Assembly (NCBI GenBank): GCA_964016885.1
Contig: OZ024751.1
Span: 5,022,001-5,086,000, forward strand
Length of the DNA stretch: 64,000 nt
Source of the DNA: Eledone cirrhosa
Lineage: Eukaryota
Direction of reading: 5' to 3'
Shown: piece by piece, positions 40,533 through 57,842 of the stretch
Position numbering within the stretch: the first letter of the stretch is position 1
Layout of the letters: each line of letters begins with the position of its first letter
Program-made: the position numbers and the translations under genes
Notes under the pieces: model-generated
The model's database searches: none
Told to the model about the DNA's origin: nothing
Seen by the model: only the letters and a program-made list of their open reading frames with translations

Positions 40533-40764
40533 AAAATCTAGCTGTCGTCTGTTCTACAGTGTGGATGTCATTCACTTCGCACAGAAGTTTTGTTCAAATT
40601 TATTGAGGAAATTTTGTGAGTTCAAACTTAATTTTGATACAATTGTGTAGCTTGACCCTCCGTCTGAACTGTCAGGCGGTGGGTCAGCTCATCTTTACCC
40701 CTCCTAGAGGTGAAAAACCTGTTTTAAAAAATTTTGTGTAAAAAATTTCAATCGTCTAACAGAA

Positions 40765-42711
40765 ATGTTAAACGCAGCGAACGAAAATAGTGGTGGGGGG
40801 ACAGCGGTAAGAGTTGTAAGCTCGCACGCTTTAGTCCTCCCTTCCTTCCCAACTAACGTCATAGAGAAGGAAGGAAAAATTAAAATAAAAACAGACGAAT
40901 CTGCGGAGAAAAAATTAAATGACGAAAACACAAATCTGGACTTGGATTCCAACAACGAAAAAAAAAAATTTGAAAAATTGCATGACAATACTAATAACAC
41001 AAACAAAGACACAACAAACACAAAAATAACAGTTGAAAATAACACCATATCAGAAAACAAAGCAGACGACAAGATTTCATTTGCACAGAAAACAAAGAAA
41101 TCTTTGACTTATATAGCGGAAAACATTTCAGATGTGGTACGAAGGATCACGGACGCCAAACAATACATAAGTGAAGGAGAGAATGGTATTTTATCGGTAA
41201 AAATGCCTCAAGAATTCACGAAAGACATTGAAAGCCGAACGGTCAAGTTTCGGACCATCAACAACAGTACAAAAAAACCTGAACAACCTTCTCAAGCAGA
41301 TATCAAAACAGTACTCACAGAAGTACTTAATGAAACCACTTTCATAAGAAAAGACAGACTGTATGGAAGCCTAGCAATTATCATGAAGAACGAATCGGCA
41401 GCAAAAAAATGTGCTTTGTCACCGATTCGTTCGAAAAATTTCACCTTTTATCCATCTTATATGGGGAAAAGAACTCAACGCATATGGCTGGATGCAATGA
41501 TGCCAGATGTGGACTACTGCTGGCTCATAGCTGGCTTCATCGATCCAGTGAATGACAACGTGATTTCCATTGGGAAAACCACAGGCAATGCGTTCAGTGG
41601 AACAGGTATAGAGCTGGTAGCACAAATGAAGCCTGAACGCATCGCCCAAATACCCGACAGAATCCTATTAGAGGACCACGGGTATATAAACATTAGCGTG
41701 GAGGGGAGAAGGCCGTCCTGCCATATCTGTGCAGGCAGAGGGCACCTGAAGGCTGCTTGTCCCCAACTCAACAAAAAGAAAACCCTGCTACCAACACCAG
41801 CTCCACCACCACCACCACAACAGATAAACAAACAACAAAACTCAGTCCCACCCAACCCGTCCCTCAGTAAAACCACAACACCACCACAACACAAACAGTC
41901 ACAACACATTACCCCAAAACAAAATACAGGCCCACCCAACCTCTCACTCAATAAAACAACACAACCACCGCAGACACAACACACAACACAGTCTAACATA
42001 GTGACATCCATCTCCCCCACAAAGAAAACCAACACGGAAACATTACCAGCAAACATACCTCTTCCCTCCAACACTGAAGATAACCCAATGAATTCGGAGG
42101 AAGAAACGGAGTCCTTCAGACAGATTAAAAGGAAAAAAAGAAAACATGTGCAAAACACACAAGGACAAACAACCCCCACCCAAATCTCAACACAATCCAA
42201 CAAAACAGAAAACACCCCTCCAGCAACAAACAAAACCAAACCTGCCCCTCCCCTCTTCGAAACACTCACACCATCGGAAAAAAAGACATTACACTATACT
42301 TACATCAACAGAAACAATAATAAATTAAATGAGCTCATATACAATAATCCTTCGGTACAAACCGAAGGTGTAAACTTTGTTTCGTCAGAAAACTACCCAC
42401 ATTTAAAACTAATAAAGATCCCAATGAACCTCTACCAAAAACTAAAAAAGGATTTTAAGGAGGACGTAGGACCACCCTCTGTCAAACCCATAAACCGCGT
42501 CCTACTAAAAAGCTTTCCCCCTCCCCTTCCCCTCCCCAACACAACTCCAAACACCCCAACCCCACCACACCACCACACACTGACGACCCCACACCGCCAC
42601 AAGACACCCCTTCACTCAACACCCCCGACCCCATGGAAGTCGTGCAACCCGAACCCCGGGAAGCGGAAAGGTAGGTCTCTACACTCTCCTTTGGCTCTGC
42701 CGCCCACATGA
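40765..42711 (+). CDS. LINE ORF1 (gag-like, CCHC zinc knuckle, Pro/Thr-rich region)
   Basis: 648 aa; CHICAGRGHLKAAC; stop overlaps the ORF2 start (ATGA). Confidence 0.88.
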   Translation: MLNAANENSGGGTAVRVVSSHALVLPSFPTNVIEKEGKIKIKTDESAEKKLNDENTNLDLDSNNEKKKFEKLHDNTNNTNKDTTNTKITVENNTISENKADDKISFAQKTKKSLTYIAENISDVVRRITDAKQYISEGENGILSVKMPQEFTKDIESRTVKFRTINNSTKKPEQPSQADIKTVLTEVLNETTFIRKDRLYGSLAIIMKNESAAKKCALSPIRSKNFTFYPSYMGKRTQRIWLDAMMPDVDYCWLIAGFIDPVNDNVISIGKTTGNAFSGTGIELVAQMKPERIAQIPDRILLEDHGYINISVEGRRPSCHICAGRGHLKAACPQLNKKKTLLPTPAPPPPPQQINKQQNSVPPNPSLSKTTTPPQHKQSQHITPKQNTGPPNLSLNKTTQPPQTQHTTQSNIVTSISPTKKTNTETLPANIPLPSNTEDNPMNSEEETESFRQIKRKKRKHVQNTQGQTTPTQISTQSNKTENTPPATNKTKPAPPLFETLTPSEKKTLHYTYINRNNNKLNELIYNNPSVQTEGVNFVSSENYPHLKLIKIPMNLYQKLKKDFKEDVGPPSVKPINRVLLKSFPPPLPLPNTTPNTPTPPHHHTLTTPHRHKTPLHSTPPTPWKSCNPNPGKRKGRSLHSPLALPPT

Positions 42712-45700
42712 ATGTGTTAAGAGTAGGATGTTTGAATGCACGTGGCCTGGGCTCAACTTGGAAGCAAGCAAAGCTTCTAAATGACCTCAGGTCATGTAGT
42801 ATAAATGTAATGGTTATCTGTGAGACTCGAATCAGCGTCGTGCGGCAGCTGGCCCCCACCTTCGATGAGTTTGAGGTGCATGCATCTCTCTGTCAACCTG
42901 GAGGTGGGGGTGGGGTTGTCGTACTGCTGCAAAAACACCTGGGTCTTGCCGTACAGGTTGTGCACTCGGACCCGGAGGGTCGTTTGTTGGTGCTAGACGT
43001 TGGCAATAGTGAAAGTGCGGCCTTGAGACTGGTCGCCGTCTACTCCCCTTTCGGAGCTGAACGGCCCGACTTCTTCCAGCATTTGGAGACTTTTCTGGGA
43101 ACGTCGCGTTCCCTGCTTCTAGCGGGGGATTGGAATGACATCCTGGATGCACGTTGGGACTATGCAGGAGCATGTCCTAATAGAGGGGGGTGTAACAGCC
43201 TCAAGGGGTTACTCGACCGTTTTAACTTGGTCGATAGATATCGACTAGATTTTCCAACTGTACCTACCTGGACTTGGAGAAACCACAGTGGTCAATCTAG
43301 ATCGTACTTAGATAGATTCTTAGTTAGAAGTAAGGATAGGGACATATTAAGCTGTCCAGAAATGCGCACGGTTGGCTACACGGATCACAAATTAGTGACC
43401 TGCGTGGTCAATCTCGAGAAAACACATAGACAGGGTCCCGGTTACTGGAAACTTAATTTGTCTTTACCGGCAAAAGAGACTTACAGAAACCGGATTAGCA
43501 GATTAGTTAAGGAGAGGTTGACGGGTGCAATCGTCAACAACCGATGGTGGGCATCTCTCAAAAGAGAGATTAGAACAGAATCAATAAGTTATAGCAAGAT
43601 GTTAGCTGCCGATAGGAATAGAAACGAGAAAGAATTAACAGGTAAATTAGAAGAGGCAATCAAGAGCGAAGATGTGGCCAGAGTGCTGGCATCGAGGACG
43701 GCCTTGAACCAGTTTTTCGATGCAAAGCACGAAGGCTGCGTCATACGAAGTAAAATACGTGCTCTAGGTAATGAGGGGGCCAAAGCCGTTGGATGGGCCC
43801 GCGTGACAGAAGCTAAGAGTGGAAATCGATCCACCATCCGGTCGTTGCAAGACGAAGATGGACGGGTGATCCGGGAGCCTAAGCAGATGTGCGAGGCCTT
43901 TCAAAGGCACTTTGCCCGATTGTTCGGAGGAGGCGAGGGTCCGGGCGGGGGCGTGGATTTCGGTCCATACCTCGACGGCCTGCCGCGTCTCTCGAACGAA
44001 GAGGCAGAGTCCTGCGAGGGACCAATCTCGGCTGATGAGATCGGAGATGCGCTGAGCCAATGCAGCAGACGCAAATCTCCAGGTCTCGATGGTATACCTT
44101 ACGAACTTTATTTAGCAATGCCGGTCTTCTTCTCCGAACTCCTCGAAGCGGTCTACTGCAATTGGCAGCAGAACGGGAGAATTCCTTGTTCTGTAGCCAA
44201 GGGCGTAGTCACGCTGGTGAGGAAGGACGAGAACAAGGGGGATAGTATAAATAATTTTCGGCCCATAACCCTGCTAAACACAGAGTTAAAGATTTTGGCC
44301 AAGGTGTTAGCAAAGAGGTTGGCGCTTGTCGTGGGTGGCCTGGTGGGAGATGCGCAGACATGTGCTATCCCATCCAGGTCCATTCACGATAACCTCCACC
44401 TCATGCGATACATCATAGAGAGGGTTGGCAACAAACCCGGCTTCGGTGGGGCCCTGATCAACTTGGATCAGTCTAAGGCCTTCGATAGGGTCGACCATGG
44501 TTACCTGGATGCGGTGCTAGCGGCGGCTGGGTTCGGTCCTGTTTTCAGAGGCTGGATCACTGCCCTACATAGCAACCACATCTGTTCTAGGATCAAGGTG
44601 AACGGCTACCTTTCGAAGCCGTTCGAAAGCACACGATCCATTCGACAGGGGTGCCCTCTCTCCTCCCTTCTGTACGTATTGACTCTCGAGCCTTTACTGA
44701 GGAAGTTGGAGTTGTTGCAGGGTATCCCCCTGGAACCAGGATTGAGCAAAGCGGTGTCGGCCTACGCCGATGACGTAACAGTAATGGTATCAACCGGCTC
44801 GGAGATCGAGGCGATCGGTACCTTACTGGAGGAGTACGAAAGGTTGTCAGGAGCGAAACTGAACCGGGAAAAATCCATCGGGCTGCAACTCGGAACGTGG
44901 AGAGGCAGACCGATGCCTCCTGACGGTGTCGTCGGACACTGGACGGAGGGCCCGGTAAAGTTGCTTGGGGTCTGGTTTGGACCGGACCTCCAGGTGGAAA
45001 AGAACTGGAACGAGGTTACGAACAAGGTGTTTGCACTAACCCAGAAATGGGCCAAGTGTAAGCTGTCCCTAAAAGGCCGGGCGGAGGTGGCGAACATTTA
45101 CATAGCGTCCGTCACTTACTACCGCCTGACTGTCGTGCCTTGCCCTAAGGAAACACTCACCACCATGGAACGCATGCTCTTCCAATTTCTTTGGAAGAAG
45201 CGTCCTCCTATGGTGAGAAGATCCATCTGCTGCCAACAACCTTCGAAAGGAGGGCTGGGGATGCCGTGGTTGATGATGCGTAGGCACGCATTAAGGCTAC
45301 GGCACCTACAGGTATTCCTCACTGGTCAACCGGTGTGGGCTCCGTTCGTGAAACGAGCCTTTCCGAGACTCGTCTCGCTCACCGAGCTACAGTCCTGGGT
45401 CAAGCAAAGATCCGGAAAACTGGGAGACTGGCACACTGAGTGTGCTCAGGCGCTCAGGGCTCTCTGGCAAGCGGGACAGGCCATCGGTGGAGAATCCACC
45501 TCATCATTCTATAGAGGGCTGGTGGCTAGCAGGGGCGATGACACCCTTGGAGAGTCGCTGGACATGGAAGAAGACGAACTGGCCAGCCTGTTCGGTAGGA
45601 CTTTCGGCCCAGGACCAATGGACAACTTCCAGAAGTCACTGGCCTGGCAGTGCTACCGGGGGGCTCTACCCGTTCGAGAGAGGCTCTACAGACACGGGCG

Positions 45701-46145
45701 CCCGGGCAGGGATCCCTCAAAAAAGATTTGCCCTAGATGCGTGCGTCACGAAGAAACCGTTGCGCACGCATTGGTGCAATGTCCGGGCGTGGCTGATCTG
45801 TGGGGCTGCGCCGAACGACTGCTGTCGCGGGTGGCGCCGATTAAATTGACCGCCGAGTCCGTGATGACAATCAAACCGCCTCCCCTCTTCACAAAGGAAG
45901 CAAAGGCGGTTTTTCTGTGCGTAATAGCCATGTTGAAAGAGGTTGTTTGGTGGACACGATTGAAAGGTCTGAGGTCAGGCAACTTCCTCTCTGGCCATAG
46001 TCTGGTCTACTTCTTCCGATATCACTTCGGAAGAAGGATAAGAATGGAGAGAGAGGTGCTTGGCCACAGGCAGTTTTATGAAAGGTGGGTGATAGTGGCG
46101 AGAATGGCTCGTGTAAATGGGCCTTCTCTGTATACCATCCTGTAG
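42708..46145 (+). CDS. LINE ORF2: APE endonuclease + reverse transcriptase + C-terminal Cys motif (Tx1/L1 clade)
   Basis: 1145 aa uninterrupted; CLNARGL, GDWN, SYLDRF, TDH, GPGYWKLN, KSPGLDG, LDQSKAFDRV, RQGCPLS, AYADD, CPRC..ETVAHALVQC. Confidence 0.95.
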   Translation: MNVLRVGCLNARGLGSTWKQAKLLNDLRSCSINVMVICETRISVVRQLAPTFDEFEVHASLCQPGGGGGVVVLLQKHLGLAVQVVHSDPEGRLLVLDVGNSESAALRLVAVYSPFGAERPDFFQHLETFLGTSRSLLLAGDWNDILDARWDYAGACPNRGGCNSLKGLLDRFNLVDRYRLDFPTVPTWTWRNHSGQSRSYLDRFLVRSKDRDILSCPEMRTVGYTDHKLVTCVVNLEKTHRQGPGYWKLNLSLPAKETYRNRISRLVKERLTGAIVNNRWWASLKREIRTESISYSKMLAADRNRNEKELTGKLEEAIKSEDVARVLASRTALNQFFDAKHEGCVIRSKIRALGNEGAKAVGWARVTEAKSGNRSTIRSLQDEDGRVIREPKQMCEAFQRHFARLFGGGEGPGGGVDFGPYLDGLPRLSNEEAESCEGPISADEIGDALSQCSRRKSPGLDGIPYELYLAMPVFFSELLEAVYCNWQQNGRIPCSVAKGVVTLVRKDENKGDSINNFRPITLLNTELKILAKVLAKRLALVVGGLVGDAQTCAIPSRSIHDNLHLMRYIIERVGNKPGFGGALINLDQSKAFDRVDHGYLDAVLAAAGFGPVFRGWITALHSNHICSRIKVNGYLSKPFESTRSIRQGCPLSSLLYVLTLEPLLRKLELLQGIPLEPGLSKAVSAYADDVTVMVSTGSEIEAIGTLLEEYERLSGAKLNREKSIGLQLGTWRGRPMPPDGVVGHWTEGPVKLLGVWFGPDLQVEKNWNEVTNKVFALTQKWAKCKLSLKGRAEVANIYIASVTYYRLTVVPCPKETLTTMERMLFQFLWKKRPPMVRRSICCQQPSKGGLGMPWLMMRRHALRLRHLQVFLTGQPVWAPFVKRAFPRLVSLTELQSWVKQRSGKLGDWHTECAQALRALWQAGQAIGGESTSSFYRGLVASRGDDTLGESLDMEEDELASLFGRTFGPGPMDNFQKSLAWQCYRGALPVRERLYRHGRPGRDPSKKICPRCVRHEETVAHALVQCPGVADLWGCAERLLSRVAPIKLTAESVMTIKPPPLFTKEAKAVFLCVIAMLKEVVWWTRLKGLRSGNFLSGHSLVYFFRYHFGRRIRMEREVLGHRQFYERWVIVARMARVNGPSLYTIL

Positions 46146-46359
46146 GTAAAGAAGTAAAGGAGAGGGGAGCACCTTCTCCATGTGCTCCCCGGGCAAATGA
46201 TTGCACACTTTTTCGGGGGTGTGTGCAACCCCCATCACGTCCCCTCCCTTTTGAGGTTATTTTCGATTATTTTCATGTTACACCCTTTTTACTCGATTAT
46301 ATGTAAACTCCCCCTTTGTATTTGTCCCTTCTTTTTATGCCTTTATGGTAAATAAAGAA

Positions 46360-46459
<100 letters not shown>

Positions 46460-46969
46460 GCCTGACGCGTGGAACATCGCCGGTAAGCTCTTTTGTTAAT
46501 TTCTATGCAAAAAAACCGAACTAATTGTTTGAAAAAACATAACATTTTGTAGATTAACCTCCAAGCTGAATTGTCAGCTGGGTGGTAATCCCTTTTTTCG
46601 CCCCTTTAGGGTTTTGCCAACTATAAAACATGAATAACTCGAAAAGAACGCTAGAGAACGTCGAGAGAGAGAGAGAGAGAAGAGGAGTAAAGAGGCAGAT
46701 ATTAACGTTATATCTGCTTCTGCTACTATGGACGTCGCCATAGATACGACTGTCAACAAAGAGAAAAAATATTACTACTTGAAGATTTTAAAATTTCTAC
46801 CGTCGAAGCGGAGAAAAATAACAATAACATACAGGAAAACACAGGAATTAAACCTATTAACATACATACTCATGAAAAAGACAACATCAACAACTCCACA
46901 GATACATCTACACATAAAGTTTCACCTCGTCAAGGAATTGAGATTTCCAACACCGAGGCTAACAACGAT

Positions 46970-47045
<76 letters not shown>

Positions 47046-50000
47046 GCAGCAGCAGCAGCAACACCACACACAAAAAAATGTGTGAGCTGAAACAGTGAAC
47101 AAACAACAAGATTTTATAAATCTTGACATCTCCAATGTAAGAGATATGCTCCAGCAAGGGAGAAAACTTGTAACTTTCGAAGACAAGGGTGGGTTTAGAA
47201 TTAACTCACCCCTCGAAATAAAAGAAGAGACAGTTCGAAGGACAGTGACCTTTAGGACTGTCTCCAACACAACGAAAAAGCCGATATTTGTTAGTCAAGG
47301 AGATATAGAAGCTACCTTGAAGGAAATTCTAGCAAATATTGAATTTCTCTAACGAGGAAAACAGTACGGAAGTGTTTCCGTACTGTTTAAAAGTGAGGCA
47401 CTCGCCCCCCAAAAGTGGTGTCAAAAGCATTCACCTTTTTCCCTACGTACATGAGAAAAAGGACACAAAAAAATAAGAATAAAAAATATACCACCAAAAA
47501 TTAACATCTGGTTGATCTTGGCTGGCTTCGTAGAGCCAGAGACTGATATGACTCTTTCGATACGAAAGTCTATTAGACAAAGGTGGGCGGGTACTGATTT
47601 GGAGATTCTGATGCAAATGAAGCCAGAGAGAATCTCCAAAATACCCGAAAAAGTCAACATCGACGACAACAAGAAATTAAACATTTTGGTAGAAGGGCGT
47701 AAATTTCATTACTTTCGCTGTGGTAGCATAGCACGCCTAAAAGCCTCCTGTCCTTCACAAACACACCACAACAACATCATTAAAAAAACACTATTACCTA
47801 CACCAACACCAAAACAACCACCACCACAAGTACAACAACAGACGAAACAAACAGCCACTCAACCAACAACAACAGAAAAAACACAGACAACACCCCTGAA
47901 GAACACAGCCCCACCCCATCCCACTCCATCAAACACTACCACAAACACACACACCGAAACACCACACCACATAACATACCCCTACCCCACACTCCTGACG
48001 ATGATTATTCATCGACAGATGAGGCTGCTTCTCCTTCTTTAAGTGAAGAAGAGGGAGAGCCTCGGAAATCTAAAGAACAAAAAAAAGAGACACCACAAAA
48101 CCCCCCAAACTCCAATCACCAAATCACCAAAACAGCCACACAACCACAGACACAAACAAGACCACAGTCAAACATCCCCTACCAACAAAACCAACACCAA
48201 CACCACCCCAAATACAAGCACCCACCATAAAAAGAAAACTCCCAGACGAACAACAAACTAAAACAACACAACAAAAACACAAACAACAATACGCATACAT
48301 CAACACAAACAACAAGAGTCTGATGGAGGTCATCTCCCAAAACCCCAAAGTGGAGACGGAGGGCAAAACTTTCGTCAAAGCAGAATCGTCTCCACACCTT
48401 AAACTTATAAGGGTTTCTATAGTGACCTAAAAAATAAATTTTCATGTTTCCCCACCCACCCAACATCAGCACCCAAATGGAGATTGAACAGCTCGATCTC
48501 CAGGAAACGAAAAGGTAAGTGCACCTTTTCGTCCTTTTTCTCCAACTCTTCTTCACCAATATGGCTAGTTTACGAGTTGGAAGCGTGAATGTGCGTGGCC
48601 TAGGGATGCCCTGGAAACAGGGCCAACTATTAAACGACCTTAGGTCACACGGTATGGATGTGATAGCCATCACCGAGTCCAGGATCCACAACAGGCAGCA
48701 ACTAACCCCCATCTTCGACGACTTTGAGATCTACGCATCTCTCTGTCAGCCAGGAGGTGGAGGGGTGGGGGGTGGCTGTCATGTTTCGGAAGAACCTGGA
48801 CGTCGAAGTACAGCAAGTACACTTGGACCCGGAGGGTAGACTGGTAGTCCTAGACGTGAACAGTATTGGAGGTGGAGCCTTCAGACTGGTGGCCGTTTAT
48901 GCCTCGACCGGGCAATCGCAATCACGGCCAGACTTCTTTAAGTGTCTAGAATCTTTTCTGGGAACGTTTCGCTCATTACTTTTAATGGGGAACTAGAATG
49001 GTATCCTAGATGCACGATGGGACTATGTGGAGCATGTCCCAGTAGAGGGGGGTGCAACAGCCTCAAAACTTTAATCGGCTAATTCCAACTGGCCGATAGG
49101 TATCGACTGGATTTCCCGACTGCACCACAGTGGACGTGGGAAAACCGCAGCGGGACATCTAGATCGTATTTAGATAGGTTCTTCATGAGAGAAAGGGATA
49201 AGGAGATTTTAAGCTGTCCACGAATGCACATGGTTGCCTATTCAGATAACAAATTAGTCGTCTGCTTAGTCAACCGTGATAGAACACATAGAAAGGGACC
49301 CGGATACTGGAAGCTGAACGTGTCGTTGCCGGCATGTAACGCTTACAGTGAACGGATAAGTAGACTAGTCAAGCAACAGTTAACGGGAGCCATCGTCAAC
49401 AATAAATGGTGGTACTCTCTCAAGAAAGCAGTTATATTAGAATCGATAGCGTTTAGCAGAGAGTTAGCTTTAGAGAAATACAAAATAGAAAGAGAACTAG
49501 TAGCCAAGGTAGAGGAGGCATTTAGAAGTGGCAACGCGGCTAGAGTGTTAGCGTCGAGAACGGCACTGGACCAGTTCTTCGATGCGAAACACGAAGGCTA
49601 CGTGGTCAGAAGCAAAACACGTGCTCTAGGAAACGAAGGAGCGAAAGCTGTCAGCTGGGCCCGAGTGGCGGAGGCAAAAAGTGGCAACAAGTCCATGATT
49701 CGGTCTTTGAAAGACCAAAATGGACGCGTGCTACTTGACCTCAAGCAAATGTGCGCGGCCTTTCAGCAGCACTTTGCGCGACTGTTTGAGCAGAACGACG
49801 GCGAGCCGAACGGGGCAATGAACTTTAGTTCATACCTCGACGCCTGCCGCGTCTCTCGAACACGGACGCCGAGTTCTGCGAAAGACCGATCACGGACACT
49901 GAGATACAGGTCCAGATGGTCTACCTTATGAGTTTTACAGAGGCATGCCGGACTTGTTTTCTGGCTTCCTCGAAGCCGTCTACTGCAATTGGCAGCAGAA

Positions 50001-52200
50001 CGGGAGAATTCCCAGTTCTGCAAGCAAGGGCGTAGTAACGCTGATCAGGAAAAATGAGAACAAGGGGACTAAATTAACAACTTCAGGCCCATAATTCTTC
50101 TCAACACAGAGTTAAAGATGTTAGCCAAGGTGCTAGCGACGAGGTTGGCGCTTGTCGTCGAGAACCTGGTAGGGAAAGCGCAAACGTGTGCAATCCCGAC
50201 CAGGTCCATACACGACAACCTCCACCTCATGCGATACATCATAGAGAGGGTGAGTAGTAAACCAGGCTTCGGTGGGGCTCTGATCAATTTGGATCAGTCT
50301 AAGGCATTCGATAGCGTCGACCATCGATACTTGGAAGCGGTTCTCAAGGCGGCCGGCTTCGGTCCCGTTTTCAGAGGTTGGATCGAGGCCATGCACACCA
50401 GCATCTGCTCGAGGGTCAAGATGAACGGCTACCTATCGGAGCCGTTCGCAATCACACGTTCCATTTGACAGGGGTGCCCTCTCTCCTCCATTCTGTATGT
50501 ATTGACTCTAGAGCCACTACTGCAGAAATTGGAGCTGTTGCAGGGCATCCCTCTAGAACCGGGACTGCGCAAAGCGGCGTCAGCTTATGCCGACGACATG
50601 ACGGTAATGGTGTCGAGCACCTCGGAAATCGGGGTGATCGGAAAATTACTGAAAGAATACGAAACGCTGATGGGAGCAAAACTAAACCCGGCAAGTCTGT
50701 CGGATTGCAACTCGGTATGTGGAGAGGCAAACGGATGACGTCCGACAGCGTCGTTGGACGCTGGACGGACAGGCCGGTGAAATTACTCAGGGTCTGGTTC
50801 GGTCCAGACCTCCAGGTGGAGAAAATCTGGAACAAGGTCACGGCCAAGGTGTTTGCGTTCACCCAGAAGTGGGCAGAGTGGAAACTGTCCTTGAAAGATC
50901 GAGCGGAACTGGAGAACACTTTCATAGCGTCCGTCATCTACTATCACTTGACTGTCGTGCCTTGTCCCCTGAACACCTCGCCAAGATGGAACGCATGCTC
51001 TTCCAGTTTCTGTGGAAGAAGCAGGCTCCGCTGGTGAGGAGATCCGTCTGCTGTCAGCACCCTTCCAACGGAGGGCTGGGAATGCCGTGGCTGATGATGC
51101 GCAAACATGCGCTGAGGCTGTGGCATCTCCAGGTATTCCTCACCGACCCCCAAACGGTATGGGTACCGTTTGTGAGACAGGCTTTCCCACAGCTCGTCTC
51201 GGTGACGGAGCTGCAGTCCTGGGTCAAGAAAAGACCGAAAACGATGGGCGCCTGGCACATTGAATGCGCTCAGGCGCTCACAGTCCTCTGGTAAGCGGGC
51301 GCAGCAATCAGTGGAGACTCCACTTCGACATTCTATAGAGGGATTGTACGTTACAAGGGCGACGACGTGCTCGGAGAGATTCTGGGCGTCGAAGATGATG
51401 AGCTCACCAGTCTGTTTGGTAGGACATTCCGCCCGAGACCTATGGACAACTTCCAGAGGTCGCTGGCCTGGCAGTGCTACCGAGGAGCACTACCGGTTCG
51501 TGACAAGATTTACAGACACGGACACCCCGGCAGCGATCCTTCCAAGAGGACGTGTCCAAGATGTGCGCAGAACATTGAAACAGTCCTGCACGCAATTGTA
51601 CACTGCCCAGGCGTAACTGACCTGTGAACTATGCAAAACAACTGCTGTCGCGTATGGGACAAATCCAGTTGACTGCCGAGTCCATAGTAAGGATCAAACC
51701 GCCAACCTCTTTCAAAACCGAAAGAGAGGCGGTTTTCCTCTGTACAGTGGTTATGGTGAAAGAAGTTATATGATGGACGAGATTGAGAGGACTGAGGACA
51801 GATGCCTTTCTCTCCAGACAACAATTGCTTCCCTTCTTTAAGTATCACTTTAGAAGGAGAATCAGAATGGAGAGAGAGGCACTGCACCCCAGTAAATTTA
51901 CTGAAAGGTGGGTGAATGAAGCGAAAATGGCCCGAATGATTGGGCCTTCTCTGTTTATAAGCCTGTAGGTTAAAGAAGAGAGCAAAAGGAAGAAAGGAAC
52001 ACTTGTACAACACGCTCCTGGAGTTGAAGGTTGTTCTATCGACGGGGTATTAAACAACCCATTTGTGGCGCTTCCCCCCTATTGGGGATTCCGATTGTTT
52101 TAATTGTTTGTTTTATATTTTTTACACAACTGTATGTAAAATCCCCGGCATGTCTTTGTATTGTCCCCTTTTCTTATGCGCCCTTGTGGCAAATAAAGAA
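46460..52200 (+). mobile_element. Tx1/L1-clade LINE copy 2, full length, frameshifted
   Basis: ORF1 relics 47095-48514; ORF2 relics 48561-51968 homologous to copy 1; 3' aataaagaaa. Confidence 0.9.

Positions 52201-52298
<98 letters not shown>
52201..52298. repeat. (ATCT)n microsatellite between Tx1 copies 2 and 3
   Basis: Direct inspection. Confidence 0.97.
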
Positions 52299-52309
52299 AT
52301 ACCTATCTC

Positions 52310-57475
<5,166 letters not shown>

Positions 57476-57632
57476 TATACCGATAAGGTCTGGTTTCTCG
57501 GGTATGTCACTATTTATAAAACAAATTTTGTATTTTATCTGATGTATTTTGAAAGTTTTTTTGAAATATATATAATAAAATAAATATAGTTTCCATTTAT
57601 TAATATCATTGATATGTATATATATATATATA

Positions 57633-57663
<31 letters not shown>

Positions 57664-57810
57664 TTGTATATATATATATATATGTGTAATATATGTATAT
57701 ATATGTGTATGTATATGTATGTATATATATGTATGTGTATATATATAGGAATGTATAAGTCTATATATATATATATGTATATATGTATATGTGTATGTAT
57801 ATGTATGTAT

Positions 57811-57842
<32 letters not shown>

